A DNA stretch of 64,000 nt from Eledone cirrhosa (lineage: Eukaryota), in assembly GCA_964016885.1 (NCBI GenBank), contig OZ024740.1, positions 156,364,001-156,428,000 on the forward strand, written 5' to 3'. Of the stretch, positions 13,301 to 24,553 are shown in pieces. Under the pieces are notes generated by a model. It was not told where the DNA came from and searched no databases. It was given only the letters and a program-made list of their open reading frames with translations. Position 1 is the first letter of the stretch, and each line of letters begins with the position of its first letter. The translations under genes were made by a program, and so were the position numbers.

Positions 13301-14836
13301 GTCTGTGTAGTAGCTTACTATCTTGAATTGTGGACAGCCTATGCTAGACCTATCTATTTCCCTACAAAATACTCTATCTAGATATGATTGGATGACGCGA
13401 TGCGGTTTGTCCAAGTCCACATTGGCACATTCGGGAAATCCAATCGGTACCTGTCAGATAGTTCAAAACTCCTGAGCAGGTTGGTGAGGCTCTTGCACCC
13501 TCCTCCTCTATCCGCTAATCCCACACAGTCCCAGCGTGCATCTAAGATCCCGTTCCAGTCGCCCACTAACACTAAAGAGCGGGAAGTTCCAAGAAAGGTC
13601 TCCAGACGCCGGAAGAAATCAGGCCGCCCTGCTCCTGTCGGGGCATAGACGGCCACAAGCCTTAAAGCTTGCTCGTCTCCGCTGGCCACGTCCATCACCA
13701 CCAACTTACCCTCTGGGTCCAGGAAGATGGCCCTTATGGCGAGATCCAAACCTCTCCGAAAAAGCACAGCACCCCCCCCCCCCCGATCCAGGACGGCTGG
13801 GAGATGCGTACACATCGTAGCCGCCGAAGATCGGTGCAAAGGCCCGTGCTTCGGAGATTCTGGTCTCGCTGATGGAACCACATCTATGTTTAGCGACCTA
13901 AGATCGTTCAGCAGGTGCCCCTGCTTCCAAGACGACCCCAGGCCACCTACATTTATGCTACCTATTCTGAGAGTAGCCATGTTGGCTAGGATAGGAGGAA
14001 AACAAGTGAGAGGGGAGAGAAACAACAAATTACTTGTGGCTCTTCTTTAGGAAGGGGGTGAGTAATGTTGGTGTGGTTTTGAATGTAATTTAAAAGCTTT
14101 GTTGTCTGTGTCTATGGCTGTGTATTGTGTCTGCTGTTTGGGTGTTGGTGTTTTCTGTGTTTGCTGTCGTTTTGTTGGAGGTGACGATGGGGTAGATGGT
14201 ATGGGTGGTGGTGGTGGCGTTAGTGGTGGCGGTGGTGTTTGTGTTTGTGTTTGTGTTTGTGGTGGTGGTGATGGTGTAGGTGGTTGTGGGGGTGTGGCTG
14301 TTGATGGTGGTGGAGGAGGTGGGGTAGTTTTCATTTTCTTTTTTTTAAGGTTCTTTCTTTCTTTTTTGGGGGGCGTGGGGGGGGGGGGGAGTGGGGATGA
14401 GGGTACGGAGTTCTTCCTTTTTTTTGTTGGAATAGTTCTCCACTCTGCGGCCTCATCGCACTTCTTATATCAAGAAGGGGTATGCTCTCCATTGGTTCTG
14501 TGGGTGGTGGAAGAGATGGTGTTTTTGTTGTTGGGGATGGTAAATTCTCTTCTACCACTGTGTTCTATGTTTGTTTGTCTGCTCCAGTTGCGGGGCACGG
14601 CGTGATGAGAAGTGGTGGGCGCGTGCCTGTTTTGGTAATTTTGGGGCAGAATGCCTTAAGGTGCGTCTTGTCACCGCCTCCATGACACCTTGGGTGCCTA
14701 CCTTCGACAGTCACAGGTAGATGGCTGCCGTCGTCCAGGTCTATTACATTGGGGATAGCCTCAATGCTTTCGTGGTCTGCTTGGTTAATTAGCTCCATCC
14801 CTGACCCTGTCCAATTTTCCTGTCTTATTCGTATGA

Positions 14837-14838
<2 letters not shown>
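10321..14838 (-). mobile_element. Tx1/L1-clade LINE copy B, 5'-truncated within ORF1, degenerate
   Basis: ORF2 fragments (ATG at 13980, stop at 10572) with APE, RT (AYADD) and CPRC motifs, plus the ORF1 C-terminal half. The 3' end is AATAAAGAAATC followed by (ATT)n, and (TAA)n lies at both junctions. Confidence 0.92.
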
Positions 14839-14879
<41 letters not shown>

Positions 14880-14881
<2 letters not shown>

Positions 14882-17800
14882 AAACAGTTCGAATAACGGT
14901 GAAATGGAGACTAGAACGTCATGTGATAGACTCTCACCCAACAGGTGCTCCCTGGCTCAGCAGCAGGGACCTGGCTGTCAACCAAGTACTGCTGGTGTCG
15001 GAGGAAGAAGAAGAAGGAAAGGGACCAGAACCAACTGGACGAAATAATTGAATAGAACTGTTATGCAATGTTACCTGAAAAGTAACCCCAAGGAGAGGGG
15101 CTATAGGAAACGGATGCATAACATCTGGAACGAGATTGGTCTATTTAAATTAGATGAACAAAAATTGGCCGGGCAGGCTCGGGTAATAAGAACTAATGGG
15201 TGGATAAGTGAGCTGGAACTGGAGGAACTGAGCAGAGAGATTAGCTTGGAGATGGAGGGTGGAGTATGCCAGGCAAACGAGCCAGTGGGAAATGAAGGTG
15301 AAGAGGTCGAGAGAACGGAGGAACCACCCGAAGCAGACAATGATCTGAATACTGAGATAAATAATACCTGGAACAGAGATACGGCCACTGAGGAGATGAA
15401 TGCTGACGGGCTAGGACAAGATTTGGTTGACATCCTAAATTTAGTGGTAGATGAATTGAACAATGATAGTGGGAGACCTATGAACCTAAGATTTGTAGAC
15501 AGGAAAAAGTTAAAAGAAACAACAGCTAAGGTAAACAAAGTCATCCCATACCTTGAGGCGAGGAGCCTTCACCAGTGCAACAATATCCTCAAAGCAACAG
15601 CAAATACGGTGAAGAAACTACTTGGTATAAAAGCGAGAGGAAACAACAGACAAGAAAGAGCAGAGCCTTGGTGGAAGAAACGACTGAGTGGTCAAATCAG
15701 GGAAATGAGAAATGACATTGGAAAGCTTGAGTCCCTACTGAATGGGACACTAAAAAACATAGACACTAAAAATAGACTGGAAATAAAGTACAAAACTAGT
15801 AGGAAAAAGCTAAATATTATCATAGAGGAACTGAAGCAACGCATTGTAGCAAAGAGTGCAAAAATCAGGCGATACGAGAACAGAGTCAGTCAGTATAAAC
15901 AGAACCGCATGTTCGACAACAACCAGAAGATGCTGTTTGGACAGCTTGAGGGGAAAGAAAGAGGCAACGACTTGATCCCTGAGGCGGAACAAACTAAAAC
16001 ATTCTGTAGAGGAATTTGGGAGCAGGATGTTAGACATAATGACCAGGCAGTGTGGATTGAGACAGTACAGAAGGAGGTCGGTGAACAGGCACACCAACAA
16101 ACTGATTTGAGTATCACAGTTGAAACTCTTAAGGGGCAGGCCAAAAAACTAACCAACTGGAAATCACCAGGCCCAGATGGTGTGCAGGGGTATTGGATTA
16201 AAAATATAACATCCCTCCACCCGAAACTGACAACCATGTTCAATGACTGCTTGATGTCAGGTGAGGTACCAGAGTGGTTGACAAAAGGTACCACAGTTCT
16301 GATAATGAAAGACCGAATCAAGGGTAATGATGTTACCAACTATAGACCTATCACATGTCTGTCCGTAATGTGGAAACTGTTGACGAGCATTGTGTCTGAG
16401 GAAATCTACCATCACCTCCACACAAACAACTTGTTACCGGACGAACAGAAAGGATGCCGAAAGAAGTCACGTGGTACAAAGGACCAGTTACTTATTGATA
16501 AGATGGTAATGGGGAATTGCAGGAGGAGACACACTGATCTTGCCATGGGATGGATAGACTACAGAAAGGCATTTGACATGGTGTCTCATTCTTGGATCAC
16601 CAAAAGCCTGGAGATCTTCAAGGTGGCAGATAACATCAGACAGTTGTTGGGCAAAAGTATGAGGTCCTGGGAAACAGAGTTGACATCAACTGGAGAATCC
16701 TTGGGAAGCGTGAAGATCAAGAGAGGTATCTTCCAGGGAGATAGCCTGTCCCCTCTGTTGTTTGTCCTTGCCCTGATGCCCCTGACCAGTGTACTGCGAA
16801 AAGTGAGAGCAGGATACAGGTTGGGAAAGGGAGGGCTTACCATCAATCACCTCCTCTTCATGGACGATCTTAAGCTCTTCGGGAAGAGTGAGAAGGAGTT
16901 GGATGTGCTTGTTGACACTGTCCGTATTTTCAGCAGTGATATATGTATGCAGTTTGGTATTAGTAAGTGTGGAGTCATTGTGATGAGGAGGGGTAGGTTG
17001 AGCAGAAGTAACGGAATCCAGATACCAACAGGTGAGATGATAAAGGAAATTGACTCTGAGGAAGGATACAAGTATTTGGGCGTTCTGGAGGCTGATGGCA
17101 TAAAGAACAAAAAAATGAAGGAATTGTTAAGAACTGAATACATTCGGAGAGTAAGGAGCATATTGAAGTCACATCTGAACAGCAGAAATGCCATAAGCGC
17201 AGTAAATTCCCGAGCTGTGTCTATTATTAGGTACAGTGCGGGAATTCTGAGATGGAATGTTGCTGAACAAAAAGAAATGGATAGGAAGACTAGGAAGCTA
17301 TTGACTATCTACAACATGTTCCACAAGAGGAGTGATGTCGATAGACTCTACTTAAGGAGATCTGAGGGTGGAAGAGGTCTTATCAGCATAGAGGACTGTG
17401 TTCAGATGGAGAAAAACAACCTACACAAATACGTGACTGATAGTAAGGAGCCAATGCTCAGAACGGTACTGAAGGAGGGGACAATAGGCCAGGGGATGTC
17501 CAAGGAGGAAATAACATCAAGGAGAAAGAGCAGCCTTCAGGAAAAATCCCTTCATAGTACCTTCTTTGTGAAAACTGAATTTAGAGATCCACAGACATGG
17601 AACTGGTTGAGAAGAGGAGACCTTAAAAAGGCTACAGAAGGAATGTTAATGGCTGCGCAGGAGCAGGCCCTCAAAACGAAGTGGTTGAAACACCATATTT
17701 ACAAGGAGGAGGCTAGCCCACTGTGCAGGATCTGTGGAGAGAGAGAGGAGACTGTGGCTCACATTGTATCCGAGTGTAAACACCTAGCCCAGACCCACTA

Positions 17801-18372
17801 TAAGGGCTGGAGACATGATGTGATGGGCAGGGTGATCCACTGGCACCTGTGCAAAGTAAACAATTTACCACATTCTGAGAAATGGTATGAGCATAAGCCA
17901 GAGGCTGTGATAGAGAACGATCAGGTGAAGGTGCTGTGGGATTTTAGGATACAGACGGACAAGAAACTGGAACACAATAGACCTGACCTGGTGGTTGTGG
18001 ACAAAGAAAAAAGATCGTGCCTGATTGTGGATGTGGCCTGCCCATTCGACACGAGAGTGCAAGAGAAGGAGAGGGAGAAAATTAACCGATACCAGGACTT
18101 AAAGTGGGAGGTAAAAAGGATTTGGAACTGCCATGAAGTCAAAGTGATCCCGATTGTCATAGGCGCACTGGGGACTATCTCCAAAAGTTTCCAGGGATGG
18201 TTAAAGAAAATCGGCCCCTTCACGCTTTTTGGAACGCTTCAAAAGGCATGCTTGCTGGGAACAGCAAGAACCCTCCGATACGTCCTGAATATCTGAGGCT
18301 GCAGGTAGTGGCTTGATATTCATTCCAACGGACTTTCCAGTTAACTAATATCAATGACTGAGACTCAAGGAG
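14880..18372 (+). mobile_element. R4/Dong-type RLE retrotransposon copy 2, between (TAA)n tracts
   Basis: (TAA)n at 14839-14879 and about 18373-18402; RT FMDD, CRIC..ETVAHIVSEC finger, NRPDLV..IVDVACP RLE nuclease. Confidence 0.94.
14904..18296 (+). CDS. RT-RLE polyprotein of Dong-like copy 2; open except for one in-frame TAA at 15045-15047
   Basis: The ATG at 14904 is in frame with the 1082-codon open frame 15048-18296. Confidence 0.85.
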
Positions 18373-18774
18373 TAATAACAGTAATAATAATAATAATAAT
18401 AAGAAGAAGAAGAACGTGCCAGTGAAGAAGGAGTGTAAGGCATGGAGCCAGGCACCGCTGTGGGGTTCCGAGGCCGCACGAAAACAGGCAAGGCGGTGCT
18501 GGACGAGTTGGCGCGCTAGCCTGTCTGAGGCCAGGTTGCACTGGATGGCATCCCAAATCCCAAATGCTCAGATGCAAGTGTCGAGGTCAGCAATAAGAGA
18601 TGCGTGGCTGTAGCACGGAGCGCTACGAATTGCAATTCTATTCAAAAATATATTTTTCAGTTTCACGGTAATTTGAAAAAAAAAGAATGCTTTCATTAAT
18701 AACGTTTCTACAAAGACCCTTCTGAGGAACTATATTTCGACCGTTTGTATTAGTGATCGTATTATTTTGATCAT

Positions 18775-18912
18775 TACCCAATATTCATGACCACATATTG
18801 AAGATAGCGAGTTTTCCTTTTCTTCTGATTACCGTATGTTGAAAGTGACTCATTACTGTACCAGATCCTGCAATTCCTGCACTTAATTCATTCTCCTGTC
18901 TTCCATGACTCA
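18775..18912 (-). mobile_element. Short RTE-like LINE fragment
   Basis: Visibly homologous to 53650-53800 (shared TTCTTCTGATTACC...CATTACTGTACCAG...CATGACTC). Confidence 0.55.
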
Positions 18913-19134
18913 CATAGTGAGACTGAATTCAGAACCTTAGGATTATGAAGAAAACTTCTGAACCCGGGTATGCTACTTATACATCTATATTGCTACAAGT
19001 AAAAATATACATTGCCACAAGTAGCTTCGTTAATTTTTGATTTATTTGTTTTATTCTTAATACGTGATGTCTTGGGCATCGAAATCTGGCGGGACCCATC
19101 CCTCCCTAGCTATGAACTCAGTCAATTTCCTGGA

Positions 19135-19333
19135 AAGAGAAAGAGTGAGAGAGAATGACAGAGAGAATGAGAATGAGAAACGAGAGAGAGAGAGAGAAGG
19201 GAGAGAGAGCGAGAAGGGGGAGAGAGATAAGGAGAGAAAGAGAAAAAGGTAAAGTGAAATTAGTAGTAGCAGCAGCAGCAGTAGTAGTAGTAGTAGAAGA
19301 AGAAGAAGAAGAAGAAGAAGAAGAAGAAGAAGA
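19135..19333. repeat. Compound microsatellite (GA)n/(TAG)n/(CAG)n/(GAA)n
   Basis: Seen directly. Confidence 0.9.
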
Positions 19334-20475
19334 AGAAGAAGAAGAAGAAGAAGATATGCGTGGGTATGGCTATATGATTACCAACTACGTAATTTTCACG
19401 AAAGGTCAGCTTTGCGTTCTGGATACTGGTGTCAAGCTGCATTGGTCTTTGCTCCTTTCATATACATTTGTTGCGTTGGATACTTTCATACATGGCCTGC
19501 GACCTTTGCAGACACAGATACATGGTTATATGAGGCATTCGCTGTCCTTGGATATATTCATGCATATATACATACATACACATGCACTAACCTTCCACAC
19601 AGGTTCTGTCAACTTTATTTCACCCCTAAGATATTAACCAATGTTAGTAGGTCGATGAACTTTGTAAAGATTCTTCCGCTGGTTCACAAGTCCATGAAAG
19701 TCTTATGGAATTTGGCATCAGTGCCGTCAGAATGCCAAAAGCCAGAACAAAACCAAGGCTCTAACAATACTTCCAACTCCAACGCATTTAATCAATACTT
19801 TATTTATCGAGCACGAAAGGTCAAAAAACAAATTTGGCCTCGATAGGGGATGAAATCAGAGTGCAGAAAGTCGGAACAAATACAGCAATATATTTTATAT
19901 GCCGTTCTAACGAATCAGTCAAATTGCCACCTTCCCCAACTATACAATACCCTTATAATAATGGTGCATTCGATCATATATTCTGGGTTGTAAAAAATAA
20001 AATAAAAGAAAAGGTGGGATATTTACATCTTTAAAATGTTGATCAAAGGACTGCATGATCAAAGCCGATCTGGGGTTTAAAAATAGGAATCACGTTCATT
20101 CTATATGGAATGGATATATACTAATAGTGGTAGTGTAGCTGTTAAATGTAGCTACATTGCCGTAAAATTGATTGTTTTACCCGTGTGAAATCTCATCGAT
20201 ATAATATATATATTTACTATTCACATTTGACTGCTTCCTGTATGTGTACATGTACGTGGGCGTGTGATCATCTGTATGCGTATACGTACATATGATTATT
20301 TATGTGAATATGAACACACGCACACACACACACATGTATATATATACGCAAAATATTAACGACAATAAAATAGCAACTCGAAAGGCAAGATAAATACTAG
20401 TGTAGTTATTAGATTGACGTTACGCACTTATTCGGAAAATCGCTACACGTGAACAGATGTATGTATGTATCATTA

Positions 20476-20634
20476 GGGTCAGGCATGCTTTCAAGCGTAG
20501 TTACTTCCCTTTACGATCTGAGTTCAAATCCCGCCGAGGTTAACTTTGCCTTTCATCCTTACGGGGTCGATAAAATGAAGTACCAGTAATGCACTGGGTA
20601 TTTGCTGGCCTTGTGCCAAAAGTAGGAACAATTA
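20476..20634 (+). mobile_element. tRNA-derived SINE with degraded 5' end
   Basis: B box, body and tail match the 5810-6000 element. Confidence 0.8.
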
Positions 20635-20979
20635 TCTATAAAAGGCAGATTGTTGTTGTGTGTGTGTTTGCATGTTCCATGTTTATACATTTGCACAATT
20701 TCAAACCAATTCGACTCAAAGTTTGTAAGAATGTTGTAAATGGTCTAACTTAGCTCAACGACTATTTACATTTTTCCAAATTACCCACAATTACGGAAAT
20801 AATCGATAAAACTAAATACATGACGCTTTACCCCTCTAATTCAATCTGGATCCTCTCTCTACTCCCCTTAAAATCCGATAAAACTACATACATGCTGCAA
20901 CTTTCTCTTATATACGCTTAAACCCCCTCCTTACAAACTTCCTTTAGGAACTCGGAAGAAAGAAGAGAGAAAGAAATGA

Positions 20980-21023
<44 letters not shown>

Positions 21024-21024
21024 A

Positions 21025-21078
<54 letters not shown>

Positions 21079-21823
21079 ATTTGTTTTTGAATGTGGAACG
21101 GTCAAACATTTATTTACTTCAATGACAACGAAGAGAACTTATTACATTTCATACCAAACAACAATTATTCAAAAGCAACAGATACATTTATTCAATAGCA
21201 ACAAAATAGCGCTAAATCTTTTTTAAAACAACTCTCAACGAACGCGGAAGAAAGAAATATCAGTTTATTTACTATACACAATAATATATTCTATGAGGTC
21301 ACTAAACCTGCTAGAAACAGCAGCTAACTCTCCCCCATATCTCACCCCTCCCTACTGTTTTAAATTTAGAAAACACACATTAGACAACCATGCAGAACAA
21401 CTCCATCGCAGCTCTGTTGTTCGGCTGGCAATAATATACTCTATGGGTTCACTAAACCTGCTAGAAACAGCAGCTAACTCTCCCCCATATCTCACCCCTC
21501 CCTACTGTTTTAAATTTAGAAAACACACATTAGACAACCATGCAGAACAACTCCATCGCAGCTCTGTTGTTCGGCTGGCATCGTCTACGCGCGTGTTGCG
21601 CAAGTACTGTGAAACAATAAATTTCAACACTTCTTTGCACGTAGATAATATCCATAGGCGAAACTACAATTTTCACTGCTGACGCAGCTCCTGCTTCGGC
21701 AGTCCAGGTCTGCAATTCATGCACCCAGTGCCTGGCAGACAAAAGAATGCTGCCATAAAATGGGTGGTGCAACCTAACTTTGGTAACTTACTGACCCCGA
21801 GCAACGCCGGGCTTTAATGCTAG
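20635..21823 (+). mobile_element. Non-autonomous Helitron
   Basis: A|TC 5' end, subterminal hairpin CCCGAGCAACGCCGGG at 21796-21811, CTAG|T 3' end, no TSD. The 3' end is better supported than the 5' end. Confidence 0.7.
21279..21580. repeat. 150-bp tandem duplication inside the Helitron
   Basis: Two near-identical copies starting at 21279 and 21429. Confidence 0.92.
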
Positions 21824-21827
21824 TGCA

Positions 21828-22017
21828 TGTATATACGTATGTATGTATGTATGTATGTATGTATGTATGTATGTATGTATGTAGTATGTATGTATGTATG
21901 TATGTATGTATGTATGTATGTATGTATGTAGTATGTATGTATGTATGTATGTATGTATGTATGTGTGTATGTATGTGCATCCCACCATATCTCTATCTAT
22001 CTATCTATCTATCTATC
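21828..22017. repeat. (TATG)n followed by (ATCT)n microsatellite
   Basis: Seen directly. Confidence 0.9.
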
Positions 22018-22493
22018 GGTTTTCCTTTGTGTGATAGCTATGGCGAAAGAGGTTGTATGGTGGACAAGGTTGAAAGGGCTGAGGTCAGACACCTTTCTCT
22101 CCGGCCAACAACTGATTCTTTTTTTCAAATACCACTTTGGAAGAAGAATCAGGATGGAGAGAGAGGTGCTGTACCGCAGCAAGTTTTATGAAAGGTGGGT
22201 GAAAGTGGCGAGAATGGCCCGAGTGAATGGGCCTTCTCTCTATATCAGCCTGTAGATTGAGGAAAAGGAGGAGGAGAGGAAAGGAGTACAAGCTCTTCGT
22301 ACTCCTGGAGATGAGGGTTGCACATTTTTTCGGGGGTATGTGTTACCCATATAAACTGTCTCCCTCTATTGGGGAAAATCGACTAACTTTTAAATTCCAT
22401 CTGTGATAACATTTTACACGTTTTTATTGTATGTAAACTTCCCCCTTTGTATTTGTCCCCTTCTTTTGTGCCCCTGTGGCTAATAAAGAAATA
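22018..22493 (+). mobile_element. Severely 5'-truncated Tx1 copy E (ORF2 C-terminus plus 3' UTR) in (ATCT)n
   Basis: Encodes VFLCVIAMAKEVVWWTRLKG...NGPSLYISL; ends AATAAAGAAATAT followed by (ATCT)n. Confidence 0.92.
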
Positions 22494-22534
<41 letters not shown>

Positions 22535-22747
22535 CTGGGATGGACACACGCGTATAACTTGCTGAGTAAGTTCTGTTTAAATTTCTATAGAAATTCTTGT
22601 CTGATAACTTTAATTTTTGTACCATTTTGTAGAGGGACTGCCAGGTCAAACTTTGATCTGGTCAGTCTCTCAAAATATTCTACGCCTTTAGGCGAAATAG
22701 TTAAAAAAAAAAAGTTTTTTCTTGTTGAAAAGTCAATATTTTTTTAA

Positions 22748-24529
22748 ATGGCCGAAGCTTCTTCACCAAAATTCGAAGGAGGAAAGGGGAAGATGAACTT
22801 ACAGCTTCCCCCTGCCACTGTCACAGTAGCAGAGGTCAAGAAGATAGGTCAGCCAGAGGAAGAATTCTCTCCACCTGTTAACCGACAACTTGACGTTACC
22901 ATGGCAACAACCCAAAGAACCAACAGCAACAACAACAACAATGCGACGGTAGAAAACAACACCAATAACAATAACAATAACAACAACAAGACCAATAACG
23001 GTGACAACAACACCAATGATAACAACAACACCACCAACGACAACAACAACACAAACAAACAAAATTTCTCCTTCGCCGAGACGACAAGGAAAACCCTCGA
23101 CTATCTGCCAGTAGATATAACAAAAGCGAAGGAGCTACTGGCGGATGCGAAAAAATATATAGTGTACGGGGAAAATGGTTCATTCACAATCCATTCCCCC
23201 CCGGAACTAAAAAGCCAGAGACTCCTAAACACGGTCATGTTTAGGACAATCTCGAACAAAAGTAAAAAACCAGCTCAACCATCACAGAGCGAGATAGAGC
23301 TGGTTTTAAAAGACGTCATGAAGGACATCACCTTCATTCAGAAGGATAGACTCTACGGGAGTCTATCCATTCTCATGAAGGACAGGGACACAGCAGTGAA
23401 ACTGTCCATCAAACCAATCACATCCACCGCATACACCTTCTACCCTACGTACATGGGTAGAAGAACACAAAAAATAAAAATCCACACCATCCTGCCGATT
23501 ATGGACATATGGTGGGTTTTGACAGGTTTTCTGGACCTGGAGGATGACATGCTGGTGTCCATGGGAAAGGCATCGGGTGACGCGTTCAGTGGAACGAGCC
23601 TCGAACTTGTAGTTCAAATGAGGCCCGAAAGGATCGCCCAGATCCCTGAACGCGTCATACTGGATGATCTAACCTTCATCAACATTACCGTTGAGGGTAG
23701 ACGGCCCTCGTGTTACCTCTGCGGAACCAGAGGTCACCTGAGGGCTGTCTGTCCCCAACTTAATAAGAAAACCCCAATCCTGCCTACACCACCAACAACT
23801 GCACAACCAACACAATCACCACAACAACCACTACAAAAACAACCACCACAGCTCAAACCAAAACAAAACAATGTCCAACCCATCCCCTCCACTCAAAAAA
23901 CAAAAACAATTTCCAAAACACCCGTACCGCAAACACAACCCGAAAATATACCCCTCCCCTCCAACGCGGAAGATGACCCTAGTTCGTCGTCAGACGAGGA
24001 GGAGCACTTCCACACAATCAAAAGAAAAAAAAGAAAACACACCTCAGACACACAAATGAAAAAAACCCCTCCCCAAAACATAACACTGACACCAACACAA
24101 AAGAGCTCACAACAGCAAACAAAAAACACCACACAAAAACAAAAACATGCATACACATACATAAATACAAGAAACAAAAAACTGTTAAACATTGTGTACA
24201 ACAACAATCTAATAAAAACACAAGGGCCTAACTTCACCCAGGCAGGGGATTTCCCCCACCTCAAAATGATTAAGGCCCCACAGGACACCTATAAAACTTT
24301 AAAAAACAATTTTAAAGAGGACGTGGGTCCCCCCTGCGTCGGGCCCATTAACCGAGTCCTCCTAAAAAACTATCCCACCCCCTCCCCAAACACCCTCACA
24401 ACTCCAAGCTCCCCAACCACACAACACACTGATGCCCCCACACTTCCACAAACCACCACCCCACCCAACAACCCATCCCCCACCCTAATGGAAATTGTGC
24501 AGCCCGATACCCGGGACGCAGAGAGGTAA
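22748..24529 (+). CDS. LINE ORF1 protein, 593 aa, with CCHC zinc knuckle and Asn- and Thr/Pro/Gln-rich low-complexity regions
   Basis: Open ATG-to-TAA frame containing CYLCGTRGHLRAVC; homologous fragments in copies A, B and D. Confidence 0.9.
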   Translation: MAEASSPKFEGGKGKMNLQLPPATVTVAEVKKIGQPEEEFSPPVNRQLDVTMATTQRTNSNNNNNATVENNTNNNNNNNNKTNNGDNNTNDNNNTTNDNNNTNKQNFSFAETTRKTLDYLPVDITKAKELLADAKKYIVYGENGSFTIHSPPELKSQRLLNTVMFRTISNKSKKPAQPSQSEIELVLKDVMKDITFIQKDRLYGSLSILMKDRDTAVKLSIKPITSTAYTFYPTYMGRRTQKIKIHTILPIMDIWWVLTGFLDLEDDMLVSMGKASGDAFSGTSLELVVQMRPERIAQIPERVILDDLTFINITVEGRRPSCYLCGTRGHLRAVCPQLNKKTPILPTPPTTAQPTQSPQQPLQKQPPQLKPKQNNVQPIPSTQKTKTISKTPVPQTQPENIPLPSNAEDDPSSSSDEEEHFHTIKRKKRKHTSDTQMKKTPPQNITLTPTQKSSQQQTKNTTQKQKHAYTYINTRNKKLLNIVYNNNLIKTQGPNFTQAGDFPHLKMIKAPQDTYKTLKNNFKEDVGPPCVGPINRVLLKNYPTPSPNTLTTPSSPTTQHTDAPTLPQTTTPPNNPSPTLMEIVQPDTRDAER

Positions 24530-24553
24530 GTGCCTTTTCTCTTCACCACCAAC

